The notes under the pieces are model-generated. The model was given only the letters and a program-made list of their open reading frames with translations, had not been told where the DNA came from and made no database searches. Position numbers and translations under genes: made by a program. Positions 36,039 through 48,899 of a stretch of DNA of 64,000 bases are shown here, piece by piece. Within the stretch, counting starts at the first letter, position 1. The number at the start of each line of letters is the position of its first letter. This DNA is from Antedon mediterranea. Lineage: Eukaryota; Animalia; Echinodermata. The stretch is from positions 10,416,001 to 10,480,000 of the forward strand of contig NC_092680.1 of the NCBI RefSeq assembly GCF_964355755.1, given 5' to 3'.

Positions 36039-36790
36039 TCTATCTCTCTCTCTCGCTGATCTATCTCTCTCTCGCTGATCTATCTCTCTCTCGCTGATCT
36101 ATCTCTCTCTCTCGCTGATCTATCTCTCTCTCGCTGATCTATCTCTCCCCCGCTGATCTATCTCTCCCCTGCTGATCTATCTCTCTCTCGCTGATCTATC
36201 TCTCTCTCGCTGATCTATCTCTCTCTCGCTGATCTATCTCTCTCTCGCTGATCTTTCTCTCTCTCGCTGATCTATCTCTCTCTCGCTGATCTATCTCTCT
36301 CTCGCTGATCTATCTCTGTCTCGCTGATCTATCTCTCTCTCTCGCTGATCTATCTGTTTCTCGCTGATCTATCCCTCTCTCGCTGATCTATCTCTCTCTC
36401 GCTGATCTATCTGTGTCTCGCTGATCTATCTCTCTCTCGCTGATCTATCTCTGTCTCGCTGATCTATCTCTCTGTCGCTGATCTATCTCTCTCTCGCTGA
36501 TCTATCCCTCTCTCGCTGATCTATCCCTCTCTCGCTGATCCAACTATCTCTCTCGCTGATCTATCTATCTCTCTCTCTCGCTGATCTATCTCTCTCTCGC
36601 TGATCTATCTATCTCTCTCGCTGATCTATCTATCTCTCTCTCGCTGATCTATCTCTCTCACGCTGATCGATCTCTCTCTCGCTGATCTATCTATCTCTCT
36701 CTCTCGCTGATCTATCTCTCTCTCGCTGATCTATCTATCTCTCTCTCGCTGATCTATCTCTCTCTCGCTGATCTATCTCTCTCTCGCTGA

Positions 36791-36845
<55 letters not shown>

Positions 36846-38329
36846 TCTATCTCTCTCTCTCTCTCTCTCTCTCGCTGATCTATGTCTCTCTCGCTGATCT
36901 ATCTCTCTCTCTCGCTGATCTATCTCTCTCTCGCTGATCTATCTCTCTCACGCTGATCTATCTATCTCTCTCTCGCTGATCTATCTTTCTCTCGCTGATC
37001 TATCTCTCTCTCTCGCTGATCTATCTATCTATCTCTCTCTCTCTCTCTCGCTGATCTATCTCTCTCTCTCGCTGATCTATCCCTCTCTCGCTGATCTATC
37101 TCTCTCTCTCGCTGATCTATCTATCTCTCGCTGATCTATCCCTCTCTCGCTGATCTATCTCTCTCTCTCTCTCTCTCGCTGATCTATCTCTCTCTCGCTG
37201 ATCTATCTCTCTCTCGCTGATCTATCTCTCTCTCTCGCTGATCTATCTCTCTCTCGCTGATCTATCTCTCTCTCGCTGATCTATCTCTCCCCCGCTGATC
37301 TATCTCTCCCCTGCTGATCTATCTCTCTCTCGCTGATCTATCTCTCTCTCGCTGATCTATCTCTCTCTCGCTGATCTATCTCTCTCTCGCTGATCTTTCT
37401 CTCCCTCGCTGATCTATCTCTCTCTCGCTGATCTATCTCTCTCTCGCTGATCTATCTCTGTCTCGCTGATCTATCTCTCTCTCTCTCGCTTATCTATCTG
37501 TTTCTCGCTGATCTATCTCTCTCTCGCTGATCTATCGGTGTCTCGCTGATCTATCTCTCTCTCGCTGATCTATCTGTGTCTCGCTGATCTATCTCTCTCT
37601 CGCTGATCTATCTCTGTCTCGCTGATCTATCTCTCTGTCGCTGATCTATCTCTCTCTCGCTGATCTATCCCTCTCTCGCTGATCTATCCCTCTCTCGCTG
37701 ATCCAACTATCTCTCTCGCTGATCTATCTATCTCTCTCTCGCTGATCTATCTCTCTCTCGGTGATCTATCTATCTCTCTCGCTGATCTATCTATCTCTCT
37801 CTCGCTGATCTATCTCTCTCACGCTGATCGATCTCTCTCTCGCTGATCTATCTATCTCTCTCTCTCGCTGATCTATCTCTCTCTCGCTGATCTATCTATC
37901 TCTCTTTCGCTGATCTATCTCTCTCTCTCGCTGATCTATCTCTCTCTCTCTCTCGCTGATCTATCTCTCTCTCGCTGATCTATCTCTCACTCGCTGATCT
38001 ATCTTTCTCGCTGATCTATCTCTCTCTGATCTATCTCTCTCTCGCTGATCTATCTCTCTCTCGCTGATCTATCTCTCTCTCTCGCTGATCTATCTCTCTT
38101 TCGCTGATCTATCTCTCTCTCGCTGATCTATCTCTCTCTCGCTGATCTATCTCTCTCTCGCTGATCTATCTCTCTCTCTCTCTCGCTGATCTATGTCTCT
38201 CTCACTGATCTATCTCTCTCTCTCGCTGATCTATCTCTCTCTCGCTGATCTATCTCTCTCACGCTGATCTATCTATCTCTCTCTCGCTGATCTATCTTTC
38301 TCTCGCTGATCTATCTCTCTCTCTCGCTG

Positions 38330-38365
<36 letters not shown>

Positions 38366-38468
38366 CTCTCTCTCTCTCTCTCTCGCTGATCTATCTCTCT
38401 CTCTCGCTGATCTATCTCTCTCTCGCTGATCTCTCTCTCTCTCGCTGATCTATCTCTCTCTCTCTCTC
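31908..38468. repeat. 19-bp CT-rich minisatellite (CGCTGATCTATCTCTCTCT)n, block 1 (interrupted at 33461-34156)
   Basis: Directly visible, with variable (CT)n length and TCTGTCTG variants at the left end. Confidence 0.97.
33461..34156 (-). mobile_element. 5'-truncated CR1-group (L2/Crack-like) LINE 3' fragment
   Basis: Minus translation ...HYDYGCCVWYS...RLQTSQNKIIRCI...LNWLPVDLRVQ...MYKIINKSAPTYL...QLWNSLP. A-rich tail at 33461-33477 and a possible CTAT duplication. Confidence 0.82.
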
Positions 38469-38532
38469 TTTTAAGTAAATTTTCTTTTGGATGATCCAAA
38501 GTCGAATAAAATTCGTAAACTTACGTTTTTTA

Positions 38533-38580
38533 CTCTAGCCTTCGCTGGTCAACGACGCAGCTTAATCATGAGTGAGTCTC
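38533..38580 (-). ncRNA. Degenerate hammerhead ribozyme in the Penelope pLTR
   Basis: Minus strand ATGATTA-a-GCTG-cgtcgttgac-CAGC-GAAG resembles CUGANGA-stem II-GAAA at the ORF stop, where PLE hammerheads normally lie. The core has about 3 mismatches. Confidence 0.5.
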
Positions 38581-39470
38581 TGTGACTTGGACTTGTTACC
38601 ATTAGATCTCGTATATGGTATAGCGCCATCTATAGATCGTTCAGGTTTTCCCAATTGGGATTGTCGGGGCCTCCTCTTTAGTAAGTTGTTGTACAATGTT
38701 GGGAGTTCCAAACCGCCGTCTTCTCTGTTCATAGTGTTACCATGTTTTTTTATTTTTATTGATTCTTTTATTTTCCTGTCTTTCCATGACGATTCTGTGC
38801 CTAGTATTTTTACGTTCGAATTTGGTAAATGAGTGTGAGTGGTCATGTGATCGGTGATGGCTGAGTTGTGAACAATTTCTGAAGCTGAATTTCTGGCTGA
38901 ACGTGTTAGGATCCCTGTACAATGTGAAGTGACATCTGCTTTGTGTTCTTTTATCCTTGTGGATAAGGTTCTGGCTGTTTCTCCTATATATGTTTTTTCG
39001 CAGTTGTTGCAATTTACTTGGTATATTACATCAGATTTGTCATCATTTTTTATTTTGTCTTTTGGGTGAACTAAAAGACTTCTTAATTTGTTTTGTGGAG
39101 TAAAATAAGTGTTGACATTGTAACTAGATAAGCAGCGTCTAATTCTTTCTGATATTCTTGGTATGTAAGGTATCCCTATGTTACCTTTGTTTTTGTTGGT
39201 TGTATCTTTTGTTTTACCATTGGTAGCGAGACACGAAGCTGCTTGTCGAAACTGCTCGCCCAAAAAAAATCGGTATAAAAGCTGAAAAGAGGAATATAAT
39301 GATGAGATAAATAATAATACTGATCGAAGGTCTCCGAGTAGAATCTACCTGAATACCTGAATAACCTATTTTAAAACTACAAAACTGTTATTTTAGCACG
39401 AAAACTGTTGCATTTTTTTTTTTTTCAACACCACCTGTAACCAAAACAAAACAGCTAGGCTGATCACGGG

Positions 39471-40310
39471 ATGTCTAGTAAAAAGGACATTCCAGTCAAC
39501 GAGTTGAGCTCAGCCGGTAACACAAGGCATTCAAAGCAGGTACGTTCGACGCTAACAGACGTACTACACAGCCCAGATCTAGTAAAGCTAATAGATGATA
39601 GCATTAGTAAGGCCTTTACGGGCCCTTTGTTGGCTGATTTAATTAAATCATCTATAACGTCAGCATTCGAAAGCAAGATTTTTATGGATCAGTTGAAGAA
39701 ATCTGTGAACAAAGCTGTAGAGAAAATAGAAACCAGGTTTGATTATTTGGAAGGGAAAATGTTTGATATTGAAAGCAAACAAGATGAAATTGCAACCAAT
39801 ACTGCTTTGGAAATCTCGTACATTGATGAATTACAGCACAAAATAAAAAAACAGGCCGTACAACTGGACGATCTTGAACAATATTCTCGTAGAAACTGTC
39901 TACGCTTTTTCGGAATCCCGGAGACAAGTAAAGACAATACTGATGAAATTGTGGTAAACCTAGCAAATAGTAAACTTGGAATTGATATTAATCTGCATGA
40001 TATTGATAGGTCTCATCGGACAAGAGCAAGAAATGGCAAATCGAATCGTCCACGACCAATTATCGTGAAATTCACTTCTTATCGGAACAGAAAAAGAATC
40101 ATCACAGCACGTAGAAAGCTGAAAGGAAGTGGTATTTCAATCCAAGAGGACCTGACATGGAACAGAAGGAATCTACTTGCTGAAGCCAAGAAGCACCCAA
40201 GCACAAAGAGCGTATGGTCAATCGATGGAAAGGTGATGGCGACAGTAGTCAGAAATGACAGGGAAGTAAAATTAACCATTCTTACATTGGCTGAACTAAA
40301 CAATCTATAA
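39471..40310 (+). CDS. LINE ORF1 (coiled coil plus L1-type RRM/CTD)
   Basis: 279 aa with LDDLEQYSRRNCLRFFGIPE, DIDRSHR, RPRPIIVKF and ISIQEDLT. Confidence 0.88.
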   Translation: MSSKKDIPVNELSSAGNTRHSKQVRSTLTDVLHSPDLVKLIDDSISKAFTGPLLADLIKSSITSAFESKIFMDQLKKSVNKAVEKIETRFDYLEGKMFDIESKQDEIATNTALEISYIDELQHKIKKQAVQLDDLEQYSRRNCLRFFGIPETSKDNTDEIVVNLANSKLGIDINLHDIDRSHRTRARNGKSNRPRPIIVKFTSYRNRKRIITARRKLKGSGISIQEDLTWNRRNLLAEAKKHPSTKSVWSIDGKVMATVVRNDREVKLTILTLAELNNL

Positions 40311-40549
40311 TTATGTTATTTAATCCAAAGAGAGAGAGATATACGATGGTTATGCACGGAATTTTACAATACCACTTAACTGTTTGTAATTTAATTTTTT
40401 AAAGAAATGTATTATCACTAGGTAAATTCACTAAGCACGATTTTGAAATTGAAACTAATGTGACCTCGATTATTATACCGTTAGCATCACTTTTCGATAA
40501 TTTTTTGTTTCTTTTTATTTTTTTATTTTCTTCATTCTTAATAAAACAA

Positions 40550-43496
40550 ATGAACAACATAGAAAATGAAATTAATATCTTCAATGTCAAGCATTCAGTT
40601 CAAAATGCATATAACTTTGATCAAAACTTTATGAATTATCAAGATAAAGCCTTTTCCGCTTCACACGTTAATATTCGCTCCTTAAGTAAAAATTACGACA
40701 ATCTCAATTTATTTTATGAAACCTGTATTAAATATAAATTTAATATTATTGGTATTTCAGAGGTATGGAAAATTTCCCAACCTGAGCTTTACCGGCTACA
40801 GAATTATAATTTAGAAGTTGTATGTCGAGAGGATTCTCGTGGGGGCGGCGTAGGTGCCTACATTCATTCTTCTTTAAATTATAAACTTGTAAAAGCCAAT
40901 GTTACCCATGCTGAGTCCTTGTGGTTAAAAAGTTGCAAATAGTAATAATTCTGAAATCCTTGTAGGCGTTATCTACCGAAAACCTAATACTAATATTAAA
41001 GAATTTCAAGACAGTCTTATTCATACATTAAAGGAAAATAACATTGATAGAACGGACTGTATTCTCTTAGGGGATTTTAATTTGGATGCAAATGACAACA
41101 ACACACTTAATAATAACTTTTTTTCAATAATGGACTGCATTTGCATGACTCAACTTATAAACAGTCCAACAAGAAAAACGCTTACTACTAGTACAATAAT
41201 TGATCATATTTATACAAATATTCATAAATTTAAAATACATTCCGGTACAATTTATACAGACATATCTGACCATTTCCCTATTTTTGCTGTTTTTGAAGAT
41301 GTTACATTAGGCCTAAGAATAAAAGATAAGCCAATAACTATAACAAACAGAAACTTTAAAAATTATAAAGTTGAAAATGTTATTTCTTAACTGGCTTATT
41401 GTAATTGGCGAGAAGTGTATGATACCAATGATACAAATACAGCCTATAATAATTTTAATGATATATTTCTGAATGTTTGTGATAAACATGCCCCAATTAC
41501 AACGCAAAATCCAAAGAAACAGCATGTGAATAAACCTTGGCTTTCCAAAGCAATCAAGACAAGCATAAACAAAAAGAACAAAATGTACTCAAAGTGTATA
41601 AAAAGAAATTTTAATCCAGAGATATTTTCACGCTATAAGAAATACAGAAATATATTAACAAGTGTAATCAGAAAGGCTAAAAAAATATATTACGGTAAAC
41701 TGTTCAGAAATTGTAAAAACGATAGTGGAAAAATATGGAACAATATAAACATGCTAATTAAAGGATCTAACTCTAATGATCACGGAAATCCTCTCGATAC
41801 ACGCAGAGTGGTCTATGACATGGGTGAGCAAATAAGTAACGGTCCAGAAAATTGTGCTTCAACTTTCAAAAATTATTTTGTTAACATAGGGCCAAATTTA
41901 GCCAGCAAAATTAATGAAAACTCGACACCACCTTCTGATTATTTACAAAATCCCATAACGCCTTCTTTTTTCTTGAAACCAATTACACATTATGAAATTA
42001 AAAATCTAATTAAAAATATAGATATAAAGAAGTCATCTGGTTATGATTACATGTCTGGGCGTCTAGTCAAAGACTCTGCTTCCCATATTAGTAGACCACT
42101 TGAGCATGTATTTAATTTATCATTTATTAATGGGATCTTCACAGATGCTCTGAAAATAGCAAAGGTGTATCCTATTTTTAAGAAGGGAGAAAAAGATGTT
42201 ATAAACAATTACAGGCCTATTTCTGTTCTACCAATTTTAGCCAAAATATTTGAAAAATTTGTTAATGTCCGAATGTTATAATTTCTCGAAAACCACCATA
42301 TTCTCTATGATCACCAATATGGATTTAGGAAAAATTACAACACTACATTGTCTCTTGTAAATCTAGTAAATTCAATTATCAAGAAAGTGGATGAAGGTAA
42401 AGTCACTATTGGAATCTTCATTGACATGGCAAAGGCATTTGATACAATTGATCATAATATTTTACTTAACAAACTTCATCACTACGGGATAAGAGGAATT
42501 TGCCTGGATTGGTTTAAAAGTTATCTAACAAACCGAAAACAGTTTGTAAATTATGGTGGATGCAACTCCACCGAAGAACGTATTACACATGGTGTGCCTC
42601 AGGGCTCTGTCCTGGGACCAACACTTTTTCTTTTGTTTATAAATGACTTACCAACTTCATCAACATTCTTTAATTTTCGATTATTTGCAGACGACTCAAA
42701 TCTTTTTCACACATATGATGGAAAACACACTAATATCAATCTTGATGAAGTATCTTTTCAATTAAATAAAGTATTAAAATGGTGCAAAGCAAATAAGATA
42801 ACAATTAACTCGTCCAAAACAAATTTCATTATATTCCAACTTCACAACTATAGGTAATATTATAATTGATAATAAGTACATCCAGGAAGTATCTGAATTC
42901 ATGTTTATTGGCCTAATTATGGATAAACATTTGACATGGAAAAACAACATAGAGAAAATTAGAACTACTATTAAAAGAAAAATTGGAATCATTTTTAAAT
43001 TGAGACATTTTCTTCCACAGAATATTCTTTTATTAATTTACAAATCATTTATACAACCACATATCATGTATGGGGAAGTAGTTATTCATCGTATTTACAA
43101 CCTATCTTTTTACTTCAGAAAATGGCAGTGAGAGCAATTTCTTTTAGTGACTTTACCTCCCATTCCCAACCTTTATTTAAACAATTTAATTTGCTAGATG
43201 TATTTAAGTTACACAAATTATGTATTTCCTTATTCATGTTTGATCTGTATCACGATAAATTGCCTCATGATCTAAACGAATATGTAACACTTATCACCCA
43301 TTCATCTGAAACTAGACAAAAATGTAAGGGAAATCTATACCAACCTAAGGCAAATAGTACATCCGGCCAATTTTCCATTACCTGTATAGGCACAAAAATA
43401 TGGAACGAAATACCAATACAAGTCCGGGAAATTAAATATAGGAAACATTTTAAAACCAAAGTCATAGAACTCCTGTTGGAGTCATACAATTTGTGA
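40550..43496 (+). pseudogene. LINE ORF2 (APE-RT) with multiple stops/frameshifts
   Basis: HVNIRSL, ISEVW, GGGVGAY, IIDHIY, ISDHFP, NYRPISVLP, DMAKAFDT, GVPQGSVLGP and LFADD are spread over several ORFs. Confidence 0.9.
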
Positions 43497-45080
43497 GTAA
43501 ATGTATGGCATTAATATATACATGTGTGTATATGTATGTATATACAATTGAAACGGAATGATATGTGTGTGTGTATGTATATGTATATGATTTACAGTAT
43601 AATTTATATATGTTATATATATATACATCTATTATCATTATTACTATTATACTATTATTTATTAGTAATTAAATTCTATCATAATATGATTTGTTTGATT
43701 TGAATAAAATTGAAATATTTTAGTTATACAGGGAGTGGAGCTTGATAGGCATGAAGTTGCCTTTTCTCTTCTTCCTTTTTATCCAATTATTTTAATATTT
43801 TATATTATAATGTTATGTTTATGTGTTGTTTTTTTTGGATGAATAAAGAAAGAAATCACTTTTTTGTTTGACATTTTGTTTTCCTTTCTCCGATCTTTTT
43901 TGGATTATCTTGTCCATGGACCAATTAGGGTACTCGTACCCAACGAGCGCATGTTTAATCTTTTTCATAGTTTCTCGTCTTTTTTAGTGACAACTTTTTC
44001 ACATCTGTCAACCAGAGTGTTAACCACACTTAACTTATGTTCCAATGGATGGCAGGAGTGAAAATTTAAGTATTGGTCTGTGTGGGTCTTTTTTCTGTAA
44101 ACTGTCGTCGTCAGGTCTCCATTGTTCAGTGTAATTATGATGTCTAAGAAAGGTAATGTATTGTTAGACATATGCTCAGTTGTAAATTTTATGTTACCTG
44201 TTTTGTCAATTGTGTTTAAGTGTGAGTTAAGATGTTCCGCTGATCCTTCTGGATTGAGAGCTAATATGTCGTCAACATACCTTTTCCAATATGTTGGCTT
44301 CATTCCGTCTGGTGCTGTTTGCAGTGCTTTTTCTTCTAAATCCTCCAGATACAAATTTGCAACGATCGGGCTGATGGGACTGCCCATGGCAATACCGCCA
44401 ATCTGTTTATATATTTTGTCCTGGAAGCTGAAATAAGTGGTATTAATAACAAGTGATAGTAAATCTATTATATCTCTAATGACCATGTTTGTGCGTTTTT
44501 TCAGTGTCTTATCTTGTGAAAGTCTCCTTTCTACTATTTCTATTGCTTCTTTGGTGGAGGTTTTTGTGAAAAGAGACACAACGTCAAACGAGACAAATGT
44601 GTGATTTTCAGGAATGTCAAGCGTGATTAGTTCCTCAACTAGTTGTTTTGAATTGTCGACGTGGTGGCAGGAGGTGCCAACCAACGGAGAGAGGATTTCA
44701 GCTAATTTTTTGCCCAAGTTATAGTAGATGGTGTTTCAATCCACAATAGGTCGTAGTGGAACATCAGGTTTGTGGATTTTGGGTAAACAGTATAACCTTG
44801 GTGTGATTTCTTCAGTTGGGAATAAAGTAGCTTTCTCTTTATTGCTAATTTTCTTTTCATCTAGGAGCCGTTTTAATATTTTAACATACTGTGTTTTGTA
44901 TCTTTTGGTAGGGTTGTGGTTTAAGGCTTGGTATACCTTATTGAGCATCCCTTGGACTTTTTTTATATAATCAACTTTGTCCCAAAATTGTACAACAACT
45001 TACTAAAGAGGAGGCTCCGACAATCCCATTTGATCTTACTTAAAATACTATACAGTGATCCAGATGAACCTTTTTACTAA

Positions 45081-45095
45081 TCTCTCTCTCTCGCT

Positions 45096-45162
<67 letters not shown>

Positions 45163-45187
45163 TCTATCTCTCTCTCTCTCTCTCGCT

Positions 45188-45256
<69 letters not shown>

Positions 45257-45295
45257 TCTATCTCTCTCTCTCGCTGATCTCTCTCTCTCGCTGAT
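45081..45295. repeat. CT-rich minisatellite remnant with expanded (CT)n
   Basis: Directly visible between the Penelope element and the next LINE. Confidence 0.95.
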
Positions 45296-48200
45296 TAACA
45301 ACTTCAATATTTATACCTATCATAGAACGCATAGGAAGGGTGGTGGAGTGGCTGTATATGTTAATTCTGAATTTCTGTCGCGAAGAATACCTGAAATAGT
45401 AGTACCCGAAGAGCTAGAGTGTGTTTGGGTTTTTATAAGACCGAAGAGGCTTCCTAGAGCTGTATCCTCTATTATAGTTTGTGGAATATATATTCCACCT
45501 AATTCTTCTGACCAACAACTACTTTTGGATCATATTATTAATTCTCTTGACAGTCTTAAACTTAAACACCCAGACGCTGGCTTCATTATTATGGAGGACC
45601 TGAACAGAACTGACCTAGCCCCACTATGCCGTGCACATAACCTAAAACAAATTGTGAAAGAACCAACGCGAGGGGATGCAATACTAGATATTATAGCCAC
45701 CAATCTGAAGCAGTATTATTGCGATCCCCGAATTGTGTCGCCGATGGGTGCTAGCGATCATAATTGTGTTCTGTTGTCAGTAACTACAAGGACGAATAGC
45801 AACAAAATCGAAAAGCGTGTAATCAGACCAATGAAAGCGAAAAGTGTTGAAGAATTTGGCCGTTGGATAACTACCCATGACTGGAACGAGGTTATTAACG
45901 CGAGTACTACTGAACAGAAAACGCAATCATTTTATTTGTCATTGACTTCTGCTATGAACACTTTCTTCACGGTTAAATCCATTAAGATACATCCAACTGA
46001 TAAGCCATGGATTTCACAACAAGCAAAGGATCTTATAATGAAACGTCAACACGCTTTTACTAATCATGGTAAATCGCTGGAATGGAAATTCTATAGGAAT
46101 AAGGTACAAAAAGTGATCAAGAAAGACAAAATGAACTTTTACAATGAACGTTTATTAAACTTAAAGCCACTAATCCCCATAAATGGCACCAAGGCGTGCA
46201 GATGTTAGCTAATAAAACTAAACCCCAACCACTTATTAGTGTTGGGGATATTCCGCAGGATGACTATCATGGTATAAGTAATTTTGTAAACAACCATTTT
46301 GCTATAACTTCCCAAAGCAGACCTAGTATTGATTTATGTAAGCTTCCTACGTATTTACCTGCTAATAAACCCCCTAATGTAAAAGAATGGGAAATGTACA
46401 ATTAATTAAGAAAAGTTAAAGTAAATAAGTCCCCGGGCCCTGATAATGTGCCTAACAGATTAATAAGAGATTTTGCATGCGAACTAAGCATCCCTATGAC
46501 TAATATCTTAAATGCCTCCCTCAGTGAGGGTCATGTCCCAACTATGTGGAAAGAGGCTATTGTTACTCCGGTTCCCAAAGAAAATGGTTGTACTAGGGGC
46601 TTCATTAAAAAATGGCTCTTAACCAATATGGTTGCCGTAAACACTTTTCTACAACCCATAATTTGGTTGATCTACTAAATGTGTTCTATGAAGGTAGTAA
46701 CATTCCCAAATCTGTTGGTCAGTTAGTTTTAACTGACTTTAGTAAAGATTCGATTGTGTTGACCACGCAATAGCAGTTTCTAAATTAGTAACACTTGGCT
46801 GTAGACCTGAAATTGTACCGTGGTTAATTAGCTTTTTGTCAAACAGAACCCAACAAGTACGCTATAAATCCACCTTATCAATGAGTGTTAATCTAACATG
46901 TGGCGTCCCTCAAGGTACGCTCCTTGGGCCTATGATCTTTCTTGCTCTAATTAATGATGCCATGCAAGACTCGCCATGTAAAACTTGGAAATATGTAGAT
47001 GATTTGTACATAGGACAGATAGTAAAAAAGGATGAAATTTCCTCAATTCAGAATGATGTTGCTTTACTGAATGTATGGTCTAATGAAAACAAACAAAAAC
47101 TTAACCCAACTAAATGTAAAACTATGTATTTTAACTTTCAATATGAACATGAACCCCTTTTGATTGGTAATGCTACAATTGAAATCGTTAATGAAACTAA
47201 GTTACTAGGTTTATGGATACAAGCTAACCTCAAATGGGACCGTAATGTTAAAGAAATTGTATCCAAAGCCAGCAGACGTCTGCATATATTATGTAGATTA
47301 AGAAAGTTCAATCTTCCGAAATTTGATCTTGTAGATGTATTTAAGAGTTACATAAGACCAAGTGTTGAATATGCTGTCCCATGAGTATGGCATTCTAGTC
47401 TCACTAAGAAACAAAGTGATATGATAGAATCTGTCCAAAAAAAGGGGTTGCAGAATAATATTGTGTAATGACTACATATGTTATGACCAGGCACTCAATG
47501 ATCTTTCTTTAGACACTTTATCTGATAGAAGGCGTAATCTATGCTATAAGTTTGCTCTGAATTGTTCAAAAAGTATTCATTTTGGAAAATGGTTTCCAGT
47601 GAAGAATGTAAGTAACATGAAACTAAGACGTGTAAAGTATCAACAACCCAAATGCAGAGTTGAAAGATATAGAACAAGGCCAACAGCCATTAAGTCGCGT
47701 GCTACAATGCATAATGATACGGGACCGACAGACAGACCGACAGACAGACCGACAGACAGACCGACCGACATAGTGAACTATAGTCGCGTCCACGCGACTA
47801 AAAAGGCATAATTTTGACGAATTTTTTTACTTTTTCATTAAAAACGTGCGCAAATTATCCAATTCGACGTGCTCGTATGACGTAATTTTAAGTCTAAATT
47901 GTTTAAAAGATGGTAAAATTATTAGAAAAGGCTGCAAAAACATAAATCGCGCAAAAAAAGTATGTATTTAACGATACGTGCGCACCACGCGCGTAAAAAT
48001 TTGCGCGCGTATGGGAATTTTTGACATGCTCAAAATGACAAGAAACGCGTAGAAAGTTGATTAAAAATGAATTTTTCGCATTTTAAAATTTTAAATGCGC
48101 GTTCGCGCGTAACTTTGTGGCTTTCTGACTCATGGCAATTTTGTAAACGCTTAAAATTGCCTGAAACGTACTCTTATTTCATCGAAAATAAATTTTGAAA

Positions 48201-48899
48201 ATTTTAAGCGCGCGTACGCATGCGTTACATGCGCTACGCACGTAATTGTACTGCCATATGATGATTTATGCCCTGAAATTTATGAGTACCAAATTTTATT
48301 TAATTGTGATTCATGGTTGTGAAGATATGATTACAAACGTGATTTCGTTACATCGTACGTAGACCGCGTAATTTTTTATTGCGCACCGTGAAAACATAAG
48401 CACATCGATTCCTGGCCATAAAGAATATACTGTGAAAAATTGACTTAGCTAGATTAAACTGATATCAAGATAAGGTCAGAAAGCGATAAAACGCATAGTG
48501 ATACCGGACCGACAGACAGACCGACAGACCGACAGACCGACAGACCGACCGACCGACATAGTGAACTATAGAGTCGCTTCCACGCGACTAAAAAGTGCAA
48601 TACCATACCTTATCTCGCTTCTAAATGAATAATCAGTATATATCACCCAGTACAGCTATGCGATTCTTATTGGTGCTTTAAGGTGTTTTTTTTTTCTATT
48701 TTAATATTTTAAGCTAAACTTTTTTAATGTTCCTGTATTGTATTTCTTGTGTAAATTGCCTCCTTTTTTTAATATATAATTATTATTGGTTTTATACTTT
48801 TATACAAATTTTAATATTGAGAAAATGTAAATATCTTTGTAATTCAGCTAAGGCTGCGATAATGATATTGAAATAAATGAAATGAAATGAAAAAAAAAA
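45296..48899 (+). mobile_element. 5'-truncated, degraded CR1-group LINE (APE-RT) with a HINE insertion
   Basis: GGGVAVYV, RPKRLPR, ILDII, SDHN, GVPQGTLLGP, KYVDD and LNPTKCK, with many stops. Tail AATAAATGAAATGAAATGA(A)n at about 48872-48899. Confidence 0.88.
47674..48591 (-). mobile_element. Composite HINE-like element (long unit ending in a complete short unit)
   Basis: Two 5' hairpin plus (GACA/GACC)n modules (about 47720-47802 and 48500-48591) share one 3' end AACAAGGCC at about 47673. It is inserted at an A-run without TSD, and removal restores the LINE frame RVERYR|KSAIPYLISLLNE*. Confidence 0.8.

Larger units (their letters stand above)
39222..43854 (+). mobile_element. Near full-length CR1-group (L2/Crack-like) LINE inserted into the Penelope element
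   Basis: ORF1 plus a fragmented APE-RT ORF2 and a 3' tail GAATAAAGAAAGAA. Removal rejoins the Penelope sequence (AGT GAT|AAT GGT) without a TSD. Confidence 0.9.
38469..45080 (-). mobile_element. Penelope-like element (RT plus GIY-YIG), 5'-truncated, split by a LINE
   Basis: RT motifs LPKIHKPDVPLRPIV, VSFDVVSLFT, GIAMGSPISP, WKRYVDD, LPFLD, VYRKKTHT (43855-44985). GIY-YIG motifs IPY, VIYQVNCNNCEKTYIGET, RIKEH, IKESIKI, MNREDG (38562-39221). Confidence 0.93.
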
